Source: Lama glama (Eukaryota). From it: DNA of 64,000 bases. Of this stretch, positions 1-13,859 are shown piece by piece. The stretch is from assembly GCA_028534125.1 (NCBI GenBank), contig CM052817.1, positions 65,474,001 through 65,538,000 on the forward strand. The letters are read 5' to 3'. Under the pieces are notes generated by a model. It was not told where the DNA came from. It saw only the letters and a program-made list of their open reading frames with translations, and made no database searches. The translations under genes were made by a program, and so were the position numbers. Within the stretch, counting starts at the first letter, position 1. Each line of letters starts with the position of its first letter.

Positions 1-575
1 CGGGAACCTCTGTAAATATATGTAAGAAGTTCTATATGCATATATATGCGTATAGGTAGGTAGCAATGACATTTTGTGCTCAGTATGTCTGTGAGAAATG
101 AGGAGGCCACATCTGATTGGGTATAGACAGGCCTTCTTGAGAATTTTAGAGAACTGCACCCTCCCCTTCCTCCTGCTTCCTGTCCCTGTAGGGCTGCAGG
201 GAGGAGGGGGTTGGGGCTTTCGCTCACATGGAAGAAACTTGGCCACGCCTTTCTCTTGAGTTCTGGCACTTTTTTCCACCAGCCTCTTGCCCTCTCATTG
301 TAACACCTGACTGAATTTATACCCAGTGACTTAGGATCCTGGTTTTGTGAAGGCTGAAGGACACCATAGATTGTATCTAGTCAAATACCTTTCTTTTATA
401 GAAAAGGGAAATTGATATCCGTAGAGGTAAGAGGCAACTTGTTCACAGTCACATGTGGACAAATGAAGAGCAGAGAAAATTGGGTAGATACTCCAGTGAA
501 AACTCATAAGCTAAGCATTTAGGAAATCTACACTCATGCTACTTACACTTATAATACATGTTGTTTGAAAAAATC

Positions 576-952
576 TGTTATGGGATGAATTGGGTCCTCT
601 TAAATTTCATATGTGGAAGTCCCCACCCCTAGGACCCCAGAATGCAAGTGTATTTGGAGATAAGATCTTTAAAGAGGTAATCATGGTTAAAATGAGGCTG
701 CTAGGTGGACCCTAATTTAATCTGGCTGGTATCTTTATAGGACAGAGATTAGGAAATGCAGAAAGAGACACCAGGGATGCAGGAAGAAGGCGACCATCTA
801 CAAGCCAAAAAGAGAAGCTTCAGAGGAAACTAACCCAACTGACACTTTGATCTCAAACGTCTAGTTTCCAGAACTGTGAGAAAAGAAATTCCCCTTGTTT
901 AAGCCACCCTGTGTGTGGCATTTTGTTATGGCAACCGTAGGAAGGTAATACA
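576..952 (+). mobile_element. MaLR solo LTR (MLT1A/B-like)
   Basis: TGTTATGGG...AATACA ends; gtatttggagataag and ccagaactgtgag motifs; near-TSD aaatc/acatc. Confidence 0.85.
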
Positions 953-1289
953 ACATCTTAGTGAGGGAAGAAAAGAGGGGATTCAGGAAGATAATTACAA
1001 GTGATGGAGGGGAAGTGCACTCAAATGTTTTAGTTACTTACAGCAAGATTGGGCTGTTAGATAGTATTGTTCAAGAAGTCCCAAGAGAAACTAACCCTCC
1101 ATCAGATCACAATTCTCTCCTTCCCAAGGCAGAAGGAAGCCATGCCCCAGAGGCAGGACTACAGCACTGTGGTGAGCTTAGCTTGGTGTCGAATTCCATT
1201 AGAGAACTCTGATTTGCTGGGCTGGGGAACAGAGTGATGCCTTCTCTCCTTACCCTGACTTCACACCAGTTTTAGCCTCCAGCTGGTTA

Positions 1290-1620
1290 TGCCAGAGGAA
1301 TTTACATAGAAGAGAAGAAAATGCCAATCTTGGCAGTTTCAGGTTTTTGCATTTCTTCTCGAGTAAATTGTTGCTATTTATATTTCCCCATAAAGTCATC
1401 AATTTCATCAAAAATTTTAAAAGTATTAGCACAGAATGGTACAGAATTTTTTCTTTTCTAATTTGAAAATGAATTTTCTGTATTTATTACAGACTTTTTT
1501 TCACTTCTTGTTTTGTCTTTTCCCTCTTTTTTCTTCACTACTCTTTATTGACTCAAAAGCGAATGTTAATTCCTCTATTGTATCTCATCCCCTTGGAATC
1601 CTCAGACCACCTGTGCTCAC
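1290..1620 (-). mobile_element. Old L1 fragment (antisense ORF2-like)
   Basis: T-rich sequence resembling antisense L1 ORF2 (catttcttct...aatttcatcaaaaattttaaaagtattagca). Confidence 0.4.
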
Positions 1621-3930
1621 ATGCTGCCACTGCCTCTTAACCTGTGCTCTTAATGTCAGTTTCTTTGTGTCGTAGAAGTCACGCTCTTTTCCTGGCTTAT
1701 TGGAAAGATTCTCACAGTAAGTCAATTGCAGACTCGTGCTCTTCTGCTGAGTCTTCCTTACCGTGCTCTGTTCTCCTGTCCTGCAGCTTTTCTTCATAAG
1801 CTGCATTTTACTAGCTTGCTGTTTACTCTTACTTGAAAGAAATAGATATATTTATACCTGGTGTTTATAAGCACATACACTAGGTAGATTGCCTTGATCT
1901 CACTGACCATCCACTTGAGCGTTTGTTCAGTCTTCTCATGGGCAGGACAAGAGAACAAATTGTTACAGTTTCCATTTCCACTTCTGGAATTTGGCAGCCT
2001 TTTACTGGATAAACCCTACTGAGGTTCAATCATGAGACACTCCTCCTCCAGCTCCCCTACCCTGACTTCCTTCTGTTACAACTGATGAAAAGAAGAATAG
2101 TCAGAATATTCTACTCCTAGGACTCCCTACGCACGTGCTTAAGACCTGTTTCTACTTTCCAGCCTGTTATTTTCTGAGTGTTGCCGTCTCTACAGAATGG
2201 AGAGGTATTATAGAAAGAGAGCTAAGATGTCAAGGGAGAAGCGTGTGAGAATATTATCTTACTCACCTCAAGAAATAGAATCCACGCCGCAGCAGGATTC
2301 ATGCTCAGTTTTTCAGTTAGTTCGTATCCTCTTTCTGAGTGGGGCGAGCAGGAAAGAAATAAGGAGATATTTTTCTTTCTATCATCTTGCTTTTCAGAAA
2401 AACAGGTTTGCTCTCTTTTCAGAAGCAAAGTGTTTGGTGGGGAGGGGCACTTTTCTAGTCACATTTCATTATTTTAATTTTAGCTCTAGGCAAATGTATG
2501 AGTTTTCATCTTTTTCTCCGACCTCTAAGTGGGCAGCAACTATGTCTTGCCATTTTACTTCAACATATTCACAGTGTCTGGAATATCTTAGGTTCCCAAT
2601 AAAAAATTCATTTAATAAATGGAAGCATGTCACCATTGTTGTATTACTGGGGTATTAGGAAAAACTGTACCAAGGACAATTAGCTGGAAGAAGTTTCAAG
2701 CTAGACTTTCCTATTAAGATGGATTTCATTAAAATATCAGGGCCAATTTTATTTCCTTCCCACCTAGTAATATGACAGTAACTCTTACATAGGCTAATGA
2801 CTTGATCTGGAAACTTTGATATGCAAGAAATTGTATTAAGATCAATCATTCATTCCACATACATGCATTGAATGCCTTTCTAGGGTGGCTGTATGCCCAG
2901 TTATAATTCTTTCTATAGAGTCTCATGAGGAATGAGGATTTGGAAGTGCCCATATAAATGTGAAAAGCACAGGTTAAATATATATATATTTTTATATCAA
3001 AATACTGCCATGTGTTGTGAGATTCAATAAAGTACATAAAATGTACAGTGAGACACGGAGTGACATTTGAGTTATGTTATGGGTCTTCTGAGAAAACTGT
3101 AAAAGCTAAGAGTTATGGAGGATGGAGATCTAAGAAGAAGAGCATCTGGGGAAGGTGGTAATACTCAGAGTCTGGAATAGTCAGGAATTTGCATGGAGCT
3201 AATTGTGATTGAAATAAAAGGATGGATAATAACTGGAAAGGTTTGAAAATAGTTACCTGTGGATCACAGAGGATAGCTTCCCTAGAATTCATGGATGGGA
3301 CTAGTTTCAGAAGGGTGGTAGATCGTAAACCAGTATGCCAATGACTGGGGAAGATTTTTTTGGTTTTTCTAATTATGTATCTGCCGTGACAAGAGTCAAT
3401 GCAGATAACGTAGTTGAATACATGATCCATAAATGGGTGAATGCCTCCAGAAAGCACTGTAGTGTAAGACCAAGAGAATGTTAAGCCCAGTTGGTTCACA
3501 GGTGGTTCCTATTTACAGTTTTGCAATATGATGAATGGTTGGTAAAATGGAAAATAATTTTATTTCTAACTGTTTTCTTAATAGTTATCTCACTGTTGAT
3601 ACCAAACAGAAATATCTGCTGGGTTCAGGTTCAAGCTACTAGATTTAAAAACCTAGTTATAATCTTTTACTGAGGAGAAAGCTGGACAGGGGGAGTACCT
3701 AGTAAAGCAACTGATTTATAATTAACATAGTTTTCCTTTATAAAGATGATACAGACAATACTTTATTTTGAAGAATTAATTGTAGGGTTTAATAAACATT
3801 TGATTCCATTACTAATGACTAGTTCTGAACTATTTGGTATTTTAAAGTATTGCTCTGTCTCCCTGCTCCCCCTTTTAGTTTTGGGTATTAGGGTTACTAC
3901 ATCGCAGGATTGGGGTCCCTAGGCTCCTTA

Positions 3931-4190
3931 GACCTATGCTGGCCAATAAGGTAGCCATTAAATAGAGTAGCTATTGAACATTTGAAATGTGGCAAGTCTG
4001 AAATGAGGTGGGCTGTAAGTGTAACATGCACATCTGATTTCAAAGACTTAGTTTAAAAAATATATCTTTTTTCATAATTAAAGAAGGTTGAAATAATTAA
4101 TTTCATCTGTTTCTAATTTTTGATGTGGCTACCTGAAAATTTAAAATCACATTATATGGCTCACATTATATTTTTATTGAATAGCATTGC
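3931..4190. mobile_element. hAT-Charlie MITE (MER3/MER33-like)
   Basis: ccaataaggtagcca...gaacatttgaaatgtggc and tggctcacattatattttta...atagca terminal motifs. Confidence 0.75.
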
Positions 4191-7100
4191 TTTAGACTAC
4201 AGAAAAATTGTCATAGGATTATATAGTGATATAATTTGCTTAGATGTCAGTAGATATCTGAGTTTTAATAATTCTGTTAGCCCAAAACATTCTGATAATA
4301 AATGTCTCTAAATATGTACCTACTAATTTTTTTCTCACAAAGGTTAGGTGTTGATAAGATAATTTGCTCTTAAGTCTTTGGCTGAATGACTTCTTGTTGA
4401 TATAATGATAATTTGGGGTAATCCAGCAGTCACAATTATATTCCAGGCAAGATCAATAGGCTAACTGATCTTTCAAGTTTAGGGAAAGATAAATTTCAAC
4501 TTCTCTGATGGAAATGGCTTTGAACTAGAAGTCAGAAGACCTGGGTTAGAGCCAAAGTTTTCTTGGCCACTTATAAACTGTCTGCATGTTCTCCAGTAAT
4601 AAATTATTTTGCTGGGAGCCAACATTATGTTTCCATATATATATAAGAAGGGAAAAAACTGATCATAGCCTCCCAACATATCCACATGATTATTGTGGCA
4701 AATTTATGTATAAGATGATAATTACAAGATGCACTTGTCATCATGACTTGCATGTTCGTGCGAAGTTTTGCCTGTATGAAACTTTGAAATGATTTTTAGA
4801 GAATAATGGAAACCTGCCCCCCCACCGATGCCCATCACTGGGCAGTACAGACTGTAATTGGTTATCACTGGTGTCCATCACCTTGGAAAAAAAGAAGCTG
4901 GCAGGTTACCTCAAAGGACAGATCTAGTGATCTGTTGATCTTGATCCTGAATGAATCAATGATTTAAAATCCACCCCTTTTAAGATGGGGGCAGAGTGTG
5001 AGTTACAGAAAATCTCAGGCTTTTGAAACAATTAAGGAGAGAGAGTCAAGTGGCTGAAATTTGAGAGTCCAGTGTGGGTAAGAGTTGGTTATTAATTAAT
5101 TCTGAGTTGAGTGGCAAATAAAAGGATCTTTTCTGGATGTCTTTAGACTGACGTTTATATCTTAGGGGTGTGAATCTTTTACTGTTTTAGTAAAATACAT
5201 AATTAATTGGGCTCAGCAAGAAGAAGGAAGTCTTTCTTGATCTTTGGCCAAAACTATCCCATGAAATAGACCAAGAGAAGAAAATATCATCTCGTGTCGT
5301 TAAATGCCACTCAAAGGAGCTATTCTATAAGCATCAAAGTCACATCTATTCTTTTGGAAACATGTTTGTCTATGTGTTTTTCCTTTCTTTCTTCATTAAA
5401 AGTAATTTAAAAAGCAAAATAAGAAAGCATTCTGCTGTATCATCCTTTAACTCTTTCTTGCCTCTATAATATTTTACTTGGCTGAAATACATTTAGAATT
5501 TCTGCAGTGCCTACAGAAAAAAGGGGCAACACTTTTCAGGATGTGGCTTCCATTTATGCTCCAACCTTGTATACATAATTATCTGTCTGTATTAGCCCTC
5601 TGCTAATTTCATTTTGTTTTGATTTAAATTTATAGTTTTTCATGCTTGGTTTATATGCCAGGCATTGTGCTAAATGATTTGCATGCGTTATTTTACATAA
5701 TCTTCCCAAAACCTTAATATTTCCATCTTAGATTTGAGAGGATTACTGACGGAACCTAGACTTAGGCTCAAATCTAACTCAGAGCTCATCATTTATTCCA
5801 CGCCTGTGCTCTGTGCCCAACACAAGGAGCTTGGAGAACCAGTAATGTCACATAACATTTAGTTTTGCATTTAATTCGTTCACCTCGTTAGCCCATATCA
5901 GCAGTAAGTCAAAAAGAGCCTTCCCCTTTAAGCTATACGTCTTATTTTCTTTACTTATAAGCTCCTAGAGGGAATGATCCCCTACGATGTCTGTTGGTAA
6001 CTATTGTGCCTAAAAGGATACCTTGGACTAACAGGTGGTAATAAAATTTTATTGATGATGATGATGATGGTAAGTATTAGCATTTGGTATTAATAGGTGA
6101 TTTCAGTTTCTGTCCCCTTCCCACATACGTTTCTTAAAACTTCAACTTTTGAAAGCGTCCCACGTTCCTCTATCCAGACAGTTTGACTTCATTTCCGTGC
6201 TTCACACTGTGAACCTCCACAGGGTGGGACCCTCAGCTAGCAGAATCTTAGAGGAACTATTCTTCTTTTGAAATAAAAATACATGCCAATCCCAATAAAT
6301 TGGGTTGTATCCCAATAAAAGGGCAGAGCTGACACCGGGCACGTCTGTTTAGGAAACAAAGTGAAGTTCAATGCTTTTCTGAACTGTAGTTCTTAGATAA
6401 TAGAGGCATTAATTAAAACCCGCCTCTTGTAGCTCACACACAGCAAACAGTGGTACTGCACTCAGCCAACAAGTGGGTTTTACCGCAAAGCCAGAGACTA
6501 TCTCATCTGTGCCTCTTCCAATCTATCAACTCATCTAAGCTCTTTGAGATAATTAAGTGGCATTGCAAGGGGAACAGCAATGGAGTGGCTGACAGTTTTT
6601 GTTTTAAATGCCTTCATTTGCTTTAGTTTTAGTTCCAAGCAAAATGCTGTAAATCCTGCACTGTACTTATATTTATAATTTAAATGCACACAGCATCATT
6701 ATACCTTACTGTACCACCAGCAGGAGAAGCCCTCTGATAATATATGGCCAGAACACTGAAGAAACTCTGTCCTTTATTAGGGCACGTGCACACACCACAC
6801 CCACACGCACGTGCACAAACACACACACACAGGCTTGGTTTATATTTGTGAGCAAGGGAGTGCACAGATACCACAGACACCTGATACTAGAGAAGGCTGT
6901 TCAAGACCTAACCCTAAATTTGAGTCTACAGGTCAGATTTTATACCTTAAAAACTTTGCGAGCATCACCTTGTTCTAGGTGTGCTTAAATTTAAGGTGAT
7001 CCAGGCTTACCTTTGGCCAACAAAATAAACATGTTCCAGAAATCGAACAAATCCATATTTTAAAAAACTATGTTCTCTCAAATTACTCATCCTTATTGTC

Positions 7101-7659
7101 TTTCTCCTCATTATCAAAACACTCTCCTAAACACCAGTGATATTCAAAATATCTAATCATAAGTGTGGCATGGGACATGGATTTATAAGAACAGATGGCC
7201 TCACTTTTGCCAGGCATTAACCCCTTAGATGCTGAATCCTAGAGAGAGAGCCGCAGTCTTTGGGAAGGGATCAGGAGGGCTGCGATGGAGGCACATCGGG
7301 AAGAAATGGGCTCAAGACAGTAGCTATTTATCAAGGGTATGGAAGCATTGCGGTATCTTCACAGCTTATCACACAAATGTTAACACGGCTAAAAGCTCAT
7401 TTATGTTAATAGATGGTACCTAGAATCATGATGCTTAGAAATATAGAAGGTTCTAATCTAGCAGTAGAACAGAAGGCTTTAGAACTTCTCCCAGCTGTTG
7501 GAAAGAGATCTCAGGCTTGCTAATTAATCTTGAATGTAGGTATGAGTAGTTCTAACCCTCACTGTCAATGAGAAAATCAAGGAGGGAAAAAGTTGGTATT
7601 TCTTGTGTCTCCAGTACATCACAATCTCATTTAATTTTCTCAGTATCCTTCTAGGAAAG

Positions 7660-8043
7660 TGTATTAGTTTGCTAGGGTTACCATAACAAAGACCCACAGA
7701 CAGTGGTTTAAACAACAAATTTATTTCTTCACAGTTCTGGAGGCAAGAAATCCAAGGTCAAGGTGTCAGCAGGTCTGGTTCCATTCTGAGGTCTCTCTCC
7801 TTAGCTTGTAGCTGGCTGTCTTCTTCCTGTGTCTTCACACGGTCTTCCCCTGTGTGTGTGTGTCCCCCAACCTCTTCTTACAAGGATACCAGTCACCTTG
7901 GATTAGGGTCTCCCCTAATGACCCCGTCTAACCTTAATTATCGCTTTAAAGAGCCTGTTCCCAAATGCAGTCACACTGAGGTACTGGGGGTTAGGACTTC
8001 AACATAATGAATTTGGGGGAGGGGCTCAATTCAGTCCATAAGA
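7660..8043 (-). mobile_element. MaLR solo LTR (MLT1A-like)
   Basis: tgtattagtttgctaggg...cacagttctggaggc...aaggtgtcagcagg...ttcagtccataa. Confidence 0.88.
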
Positions 8044-8507
8044 GGAAGCTAGTAATATAAACCTTCTTTTTGACAAAAGTTTATAAAAATATTTTAAAAG
8101 GTCAATTTTATTAAGGTATACTTCACATATAAAAATATGCCCATTTCAAGTTTACAGCTTGAGTTTGGGCAAATATGTACATCCATGTAACCAACACCAT
8201 AATCAAACTACAGAAGTTTCTATCATCTCAACAAATTCCCTCTTTCTTGGCATTCCCCCTACCTTCCTGGCTCAAGACAGCCATTGTGATTTCTTTTCTA
8301 GTGTTTCATATAAAAGGAGTCATAAGGTATGCATTCCACTATCTCTGGCTTCTTTTCTGTAGCATAATGCATAATGTTTTGAGATTCATTTTGTTGGATA
8401 TACTAGTAATTTGTTTCATTTTATTTCTGAGTGGTATCCCATTGTGTGACTATACCACAATTTGTTTATTGTTTACAGCTTTTGGGTATTAAGGATAAAG
8501 CTAATAT

Positions 8508-8600
8508 ATATATAATTGAGTGGAGGCACTGGGGATTGAACTCAGGACCTCGTGCATGCTAAGCATGCACTCTACCACTGAGCTATTTCCCTCCTCTCCT
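8508..8600 (-). mobile_element. Vic-1-type camelid tRNA-derived SINE
   Basis: ggggattgaactcaggacctcgtgcatgctaagcatgcactctaccactgagcta (antisense tRNA-like A/B boxes). Confidence 0.85.
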
Positions 8601-8605
8601 ATGTT

Positions 8606-8639
<34 letters not shown>

Positions 8640-8937
8640 GAATAAAGCTAACATGAACATTTAGTTATAGGTCTTTGTATAGCCAGGGCATGTCTTCATT
8701 TTTTTTGGGGTAAATACAAAAAAAAAATGCTGTGTCATATGAGAAGTATACATTTAGCTTTTTAAAATTTCTTTCAAGAACTGCTAAATTGTTTCCCAAA
8801 TTGTTGAATGATTTTACAATCCCACTAGCCATGTATGAGAGTTCTAGTTCCTCTGTATTTCCAACAACACTTGGTATTATTGGCCTTTATAATTTTAGCT
8901 ACTCCTGTGCATATGTAGTGGTAGCCCTTCATGGTTT

Positions 8938-9079
8938 TATTCATTTATTTATTTATTATTTTATTTTTGCAGGGGGGGTAATTAAGTTTTTTGTTTTTTT
9001 ACGAGGAGGTGCTGGGGATTAAACCCAGGACCTTGTGTATGCTAAGCATGTGCTCTACCACTTGAGCTACACCCTCCCC
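8938..9079 (-). mobile_element. Vic-1-type camelid SINE
   Basis: T-rich tail, gggggggtaattaag, then gggattaaacccaggaccttgtgtatgctaagcatgtgctctaccac. Confidence 0.88.
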
Positions 9080-10339
9080 TTAGCTCTTTGAGCTTTTAAA
9101 CTTGCATTTTCCTGATTACTAAATGATATTGAGTATCATTTCATGTGCATATTGAAAAATCATATATCATTTTTTGTGAATTTTCTTAAAATTTTTTTTT
9201 CTGATTTTCAGTGGATTGACTTCTTATTTTTAAGTTTTTTTGAGTTCCCTATATGTCCTAGATCCAACTCATTTGTCAGACATATATAATGTAAATATTT
9301 TCTCCTATTCTTTGACTTTGCCTTTTCAGTTTATTAATGTTAATTTGAAGAGCAGAATTTTCAGTTTTTGATAAAGTTCAACTTACCATGTTGTCTTTAG
9401 TTTGGGCTTTTTGTATATGTTATAGATCATCTGGATTTAATGTTTATAACAGGCAAATGCTTATAGATCTGGATTTAATGTTTAAGTTTACAATACATTT
9501 AGAGTTGTTTTTGTGTGTGGCACAAGGTAAGGGTTGAACTTTGCTTTTTCCATATATCAATTCCAAAACAATTTGTTGATAAAACTGTTCTTTCCCCATT
9601 GAATTAATATGGCACCCTTGTAAAAAATCAGTTGACCATATATTCATGTGTATATGGGGGGAAAACATACGTTTAATTCTTTCTGTAACCTCTCTTTTGT
9701 TCCAATGGTTAACTTTTATTCTTAGGTCAATACTAAACTGTCTTGATTATGGTAGCTTCAAGTAAGTCTTTAAAATCCAATAGTGTGAGTCTTTCAAATC
9801 TATGCTTAAAACATGTTTTAGTTATTCTAAGTCCACTTTATTTCCATATAAACACTGGAATCACCTTTTCAATTTCCACAAAGAGGAAAACTAGATCTGG
9901 CCTGAAACTGTAATAAATCCATAGATCAATTTGAATAGAACTGGCATCTTAATAATACTGAGTCTTTTAATCCATGATGCAGTATTCTTTAATTCCTCTT
10001 AGAAGTTTGACAGTTTTAAGTGTACAGGGAGTGAACGTATTGTAAAATTCACCCCTCAGAGTTTTATATTTGCTGGCATTATTGTAAATGGTATCTTTTT
10101 TCCAATCTTCATTTTTTGGTTACTGAATAAATCAGTTGATTCTTTATATTGATCTTATATTTGGCAACTATAACAACTTATTAATTTGGGGCTTTTTGTG
10201 GATTTCATAGGATTTATGTATGATTTTGTCATCTTTGTTTATACTGGGATGATAAAGTGGTTTCTGTTTTAACTACAGCCAGGAGCATAATGTTTCACCC
10301 CTTTTTATAGATAAGTAAACTAAGATCAGAAAGACTAAG

Positions 10340-10470
10340 AGTTAGTGATAAAGAACAGGAATTTGGAATTTAGGTTGGAATCCAAATTTTAACTCTTCAC
10401 TAGTTATACAAACTTGGGGAAGTTATTTAATTTTCTGTCATGGTTTCCGTATCTCTAAAATGAATCTGCT
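10340..10470 (+). mobile_element. MIR
   Basis: aacttggggaagttatttaa...gtttccgtatctctaaaatg MIR core. Confidence 0.65.
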
Positions 10471-11993
10471 GCTGCTGCAGATGATACATATAATGATGTA
10501 ATATTACAAATTATATCTTACTATTGTTGTTATATTAACCGACATGATACATGTGCAGTGCCAGGCACAGAGTGAGTCTTGGATATGGTGTCAGCTAACT
10601 AGTGATATTGTCCATAATCACTTTGGTAGAATTCTGACTTCAAGTTCAGGAATGTAGTATTAGTGAACAAAATAAATGTTTTTCCATTATTTATCAAAAC
10701 TAAATTTTTCCTTTATGTGTAGTTTACTATATAGGAACCATACCATAATAACGGTGTTTAAAAAAATGTATCCTGAACAGGAAAAAAGGTGTATTCAGGC
10801 CCATAGGACAAATCCCCTTGAAGAGAAGACAAAATATACTCATGAGAACGTGAGAAGTCTTGTTTGTGTTTGTGGAGAACTTCTGACAGGAAGATCTGTG
10901 GATAATCCATTACAAATTCTCAATTCATAGTACCTATTATTTAATTAATCACTGTGATGGATATCTTCAACACTAGGTAATAATGAACAAATTCATAGTA
11001 TTGAGACAGTCACTCAAGACATAACTGTTAAAGGACTTACCCACTTCTTTTTAGAACCCCATAAAATCTTGAAAGATCACAAACAGGACTCAATGGAGAA
11101 AATTCAGGAAAAGCTAGCATGTTCATTGTTGAAGGTTTGCCGATGTCCTAAGTTGATCCTTAAGAACATAAGTGTGACAGGTAGACAAGAAATAAGACAC
11201 AGACTTGTCAGATATGGAAGGGAAGATTTCAGCTCAGCAAGTGGAATTTAGAAACCTTTCTCTGCTGGCTGAGCACAACCAATGTGTCAGCCAGTAACAT
11301 CCGATTACACTCAGATGACAACAGTGCCGGTTAATTAGCTCTTGTTTACGTTTTGAGTGTTGCAGACTTAAATTATATTCATATTCTCACACGGAACAAA
11401 CACCTAGAAAGGTTTGCCCTTGATCTAAATACATCCTTTCCTTTTGCAGTGACACTTGAACTACATGTGAGAACAAAAAACTTTTAAGAAGTCAGGCATA
11501 AATGGTAGATCATCTAAATCAGATAATTAAAAAAAATCTGATTAATGATAATTTTGGCTTGAAAACCAAGTACCCTATTTCAACAGAAGTTCAGGTTGAC
11601 AAAAAATGCAGACATTACCTCTGAGACTGATAATACAAAATGCCATGAACATCTCTGCAGATTCTTCAATCCTCTCATCACTTTGACTTTTTAAAGATTT
11701 AATACCAATGAAGTATAAAACATTCTTTATGTATAATCCTTGAACTAGAATGAATTTCATTCTTTCATTACGATTAAAAAGCTTTACTTCATCCTGATCC
11801 TTGTAAATTTTCTTCCAACAATGCTTATGAAAGGTCAAGAAAGTGTTGGTTTTTTTTAAGAAGCTAGAGTAACGTATCATTCGTAGTAATTTAAATTGCA
11901 GAAGAGTTTGTATTTTTGCAGCACATTCTGGGTAACAGGGCTGCTGCTGAGGTGCTCAGTAAAGCATTCAAGGGGTGTTGGAATATTTTCCTT

Positions 11994-12175
11994 ATTTTAT
12001 TTTTTTAAAAATGTTTTGAGGGGGAGGTAATTAGTTTTATTTATTCATTCATTCATTCATTCATTCATTCATTGATGTTGATAGAGGTCCTGGGGGTTGA
12101 ACCCAGGACCTTGTGCTTGCTAAGCACACATTCTACCTTCTACCCCTGAGCTATACTGTCCCCCTCATCCCCAGG
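11994..12175 (-). mobile_element. Vic-1-type SINE with 11-bp TSD (atattttcctt), in the probable EMCN 3' UTR
   Basis: TSD at 11983-11993 and 12176-12186; SINE core ggggttgaacccaggaccttgtgcttgctaagc; internal (ATTC)n. Confidence 0.9.
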
Positions 12176-13253
12176 ATATTTTCCTTTTGAAGATAAGTGT
12201 TCCATGGTTGGCATGCACTAGACAGTGTTGCACTCATTTAAAGGCTTCTAGGTTAGAGTTAAGCATGGGCAAAGCATCTCTCCAGGGAAAGTGTATGTAC
12301 TGGAGATCCTTACTTTTTTCTTTACCCTATTGCTTTTCTATTTTTTTTTTCTATTCCCCATCTTTCTTCTCCAAATACCATAAAGAGACACCAGTCAGAA
12401 GTATAAATATGCTTGCTTGGTGTCCTTGATTAGAAATAGTCCAGACATCAGGGAGCAAAAACCAAAATTTATATAATCCTCAATGCTGACCGTTTTCAAA
12501 ATAGATTGCAACAAAGTAAACTGTAAAACATAATTTTAAACATAACCTTCTGTCTCCACCATGCTGCCCTCGTATCACTAAGATAGTTAAACATCGAAAT
12601 CAGCTTAGGTAACCACAAATCATAAACGGTAAAGAGCTGCCCCTGGCAGCTTGTTAGTTCCACAGCTTACCACAGAACTTCAACCAACATGACATTTGAT
12701 CCCAAGTGTCCAAGGAGTGGTCAAGTTTAATCAGTCAGCTTTCAACAGAAGAATTTGCCCCTGATGGAGTGGTAACTATAATCATACGGTATTTTTAGGA
12801 AAGTGATACACTGGAAAATAATATCACAATTATGCATTTATGAAATGTTGGTTTCTACAAACTGGAGATTTAACAATGATGTCTAGAACAAAGCAGTACA
12901 TTTCTAAAAGAAATAAAAACTGCACAGAGATAGTATCAATCAAATGGATTCTGAAAAATCTCAGTCCTGTTATCTTCTTAATGAATGCAGTACAGTGTCA
13001 CAAATGCCCTTACATCCTTGTCACACAGTGTGAATTGCAAATAGAAAGACCAAAGAAATGTTCAGTTGACTTCCCCTGAATAAGGCCTGATATGTGAATC
13101 CTTTGTCCCTTTCTCACTTACTAGATGCCTTTCAGAGTGAGTTTTCATAGTCTAATAATCAACCCCAAAATATTCATAATGAAGGGAAGACAATACCGTT
13201 GCCATTTTCACAGTCACATTATGGTATTTTTAGTGTATTGAGTACAGAAATTA

Positions 13254-13259
13254 TTTATT
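13254..13259 (-). terminator. Candidate proximal polyadenylation signal AATAAA of EMCN
   Basis: tttatt on the + strand, ~500 nt into the last exon, in AT-rich context. Confidence 0.5.
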
Positions 13260-13859
13260 AAAAGTAACACATGAAAGTATGAATAAAATATCTTTATGTA
13301 CAAAGGAGGATTTTGACCCGGTATTTAATAATACACTCGCAAATTTCCCCTACATTAGTGGAAAACAATAAATACAAACATTAGCTAATATAAGAACACC
13401 GAGAAACTGGGAAAGTCTCCATGAATAAAAACTCTTGGTTCTGGAAACTTTAAACTCAAGGGACAGCCATTTCATCAGTAAAGCCATCGGCCTGGGCTGT
13501 CAGGTTAACTGCTCACAGACACCCCTCCTAAAATTCATTCTCCTAGGATTGTTCCTGTAAAATGCGCTAAGGTGCTTTTCCACATCTCAGAGGACAGGAG
13601 AGGCCCAGGATTCTTTTTGATTCCATCAGATTATTGTGTGTCATCTAGTTTATGGGGACAGGTGACAGGTGCAGACCGGCGAGCAGGACTGAGAGTCAGG
13701 ATTGATTCCACAGGGCTTTCTCCCTTTCTACCCCTGGAGCCCAGAAGCTGAAGATTAAGCCTGTGGGGGGGGGGGAAACAGAACAGTTCAGATTCCGAGA
13801 AAGTGAAGCAGCAGCAGAGATGCTGGGCGAGATTGTCTCTTGATAAGAAAGGTTAGTGA

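Larger units (their letters stand above)
8095..10230 (-). mobile_element. Old L1 (L1M-type) 3' region, interrupted by two SINEs
   Basis: Antisense L1 3'UTR/ORF2 motifs (catccatgtaaccaacacc, gagattcat, tccccattgaatt...ggcacccttg). Confidence 0.85.
10660..13760 (-). other. EMCN: EMCN terminal exon 12 (3' UTR); 5' boundary exact, 3' end approximate
   Basis: Acceptor tgtttcccccccccccacag|GCTTAATCTTCAGCTTCT resembles the start of the human last exon. The distal end is inferred only from the ~3 kb human UTR and from repeats resuming below ~10600. Confidence 0.7.

Noticed and set aside
2197..2658. 153-aa + strand ORF
   Set aside because: No recognisable homology or domain, and consistent with a chance ORF.
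11575..11880. 101-aa minus-strand ORF with a GTAATG donor-like site
   Set aside because: It lies inside the probable EMCN 3' UTR, has no convincing acceptor and has no recognisable homology.
8508..12175. tRNA-like sequences
   Set aside because: They are heads of tRNA-derived SINEs, not tRNA genes.
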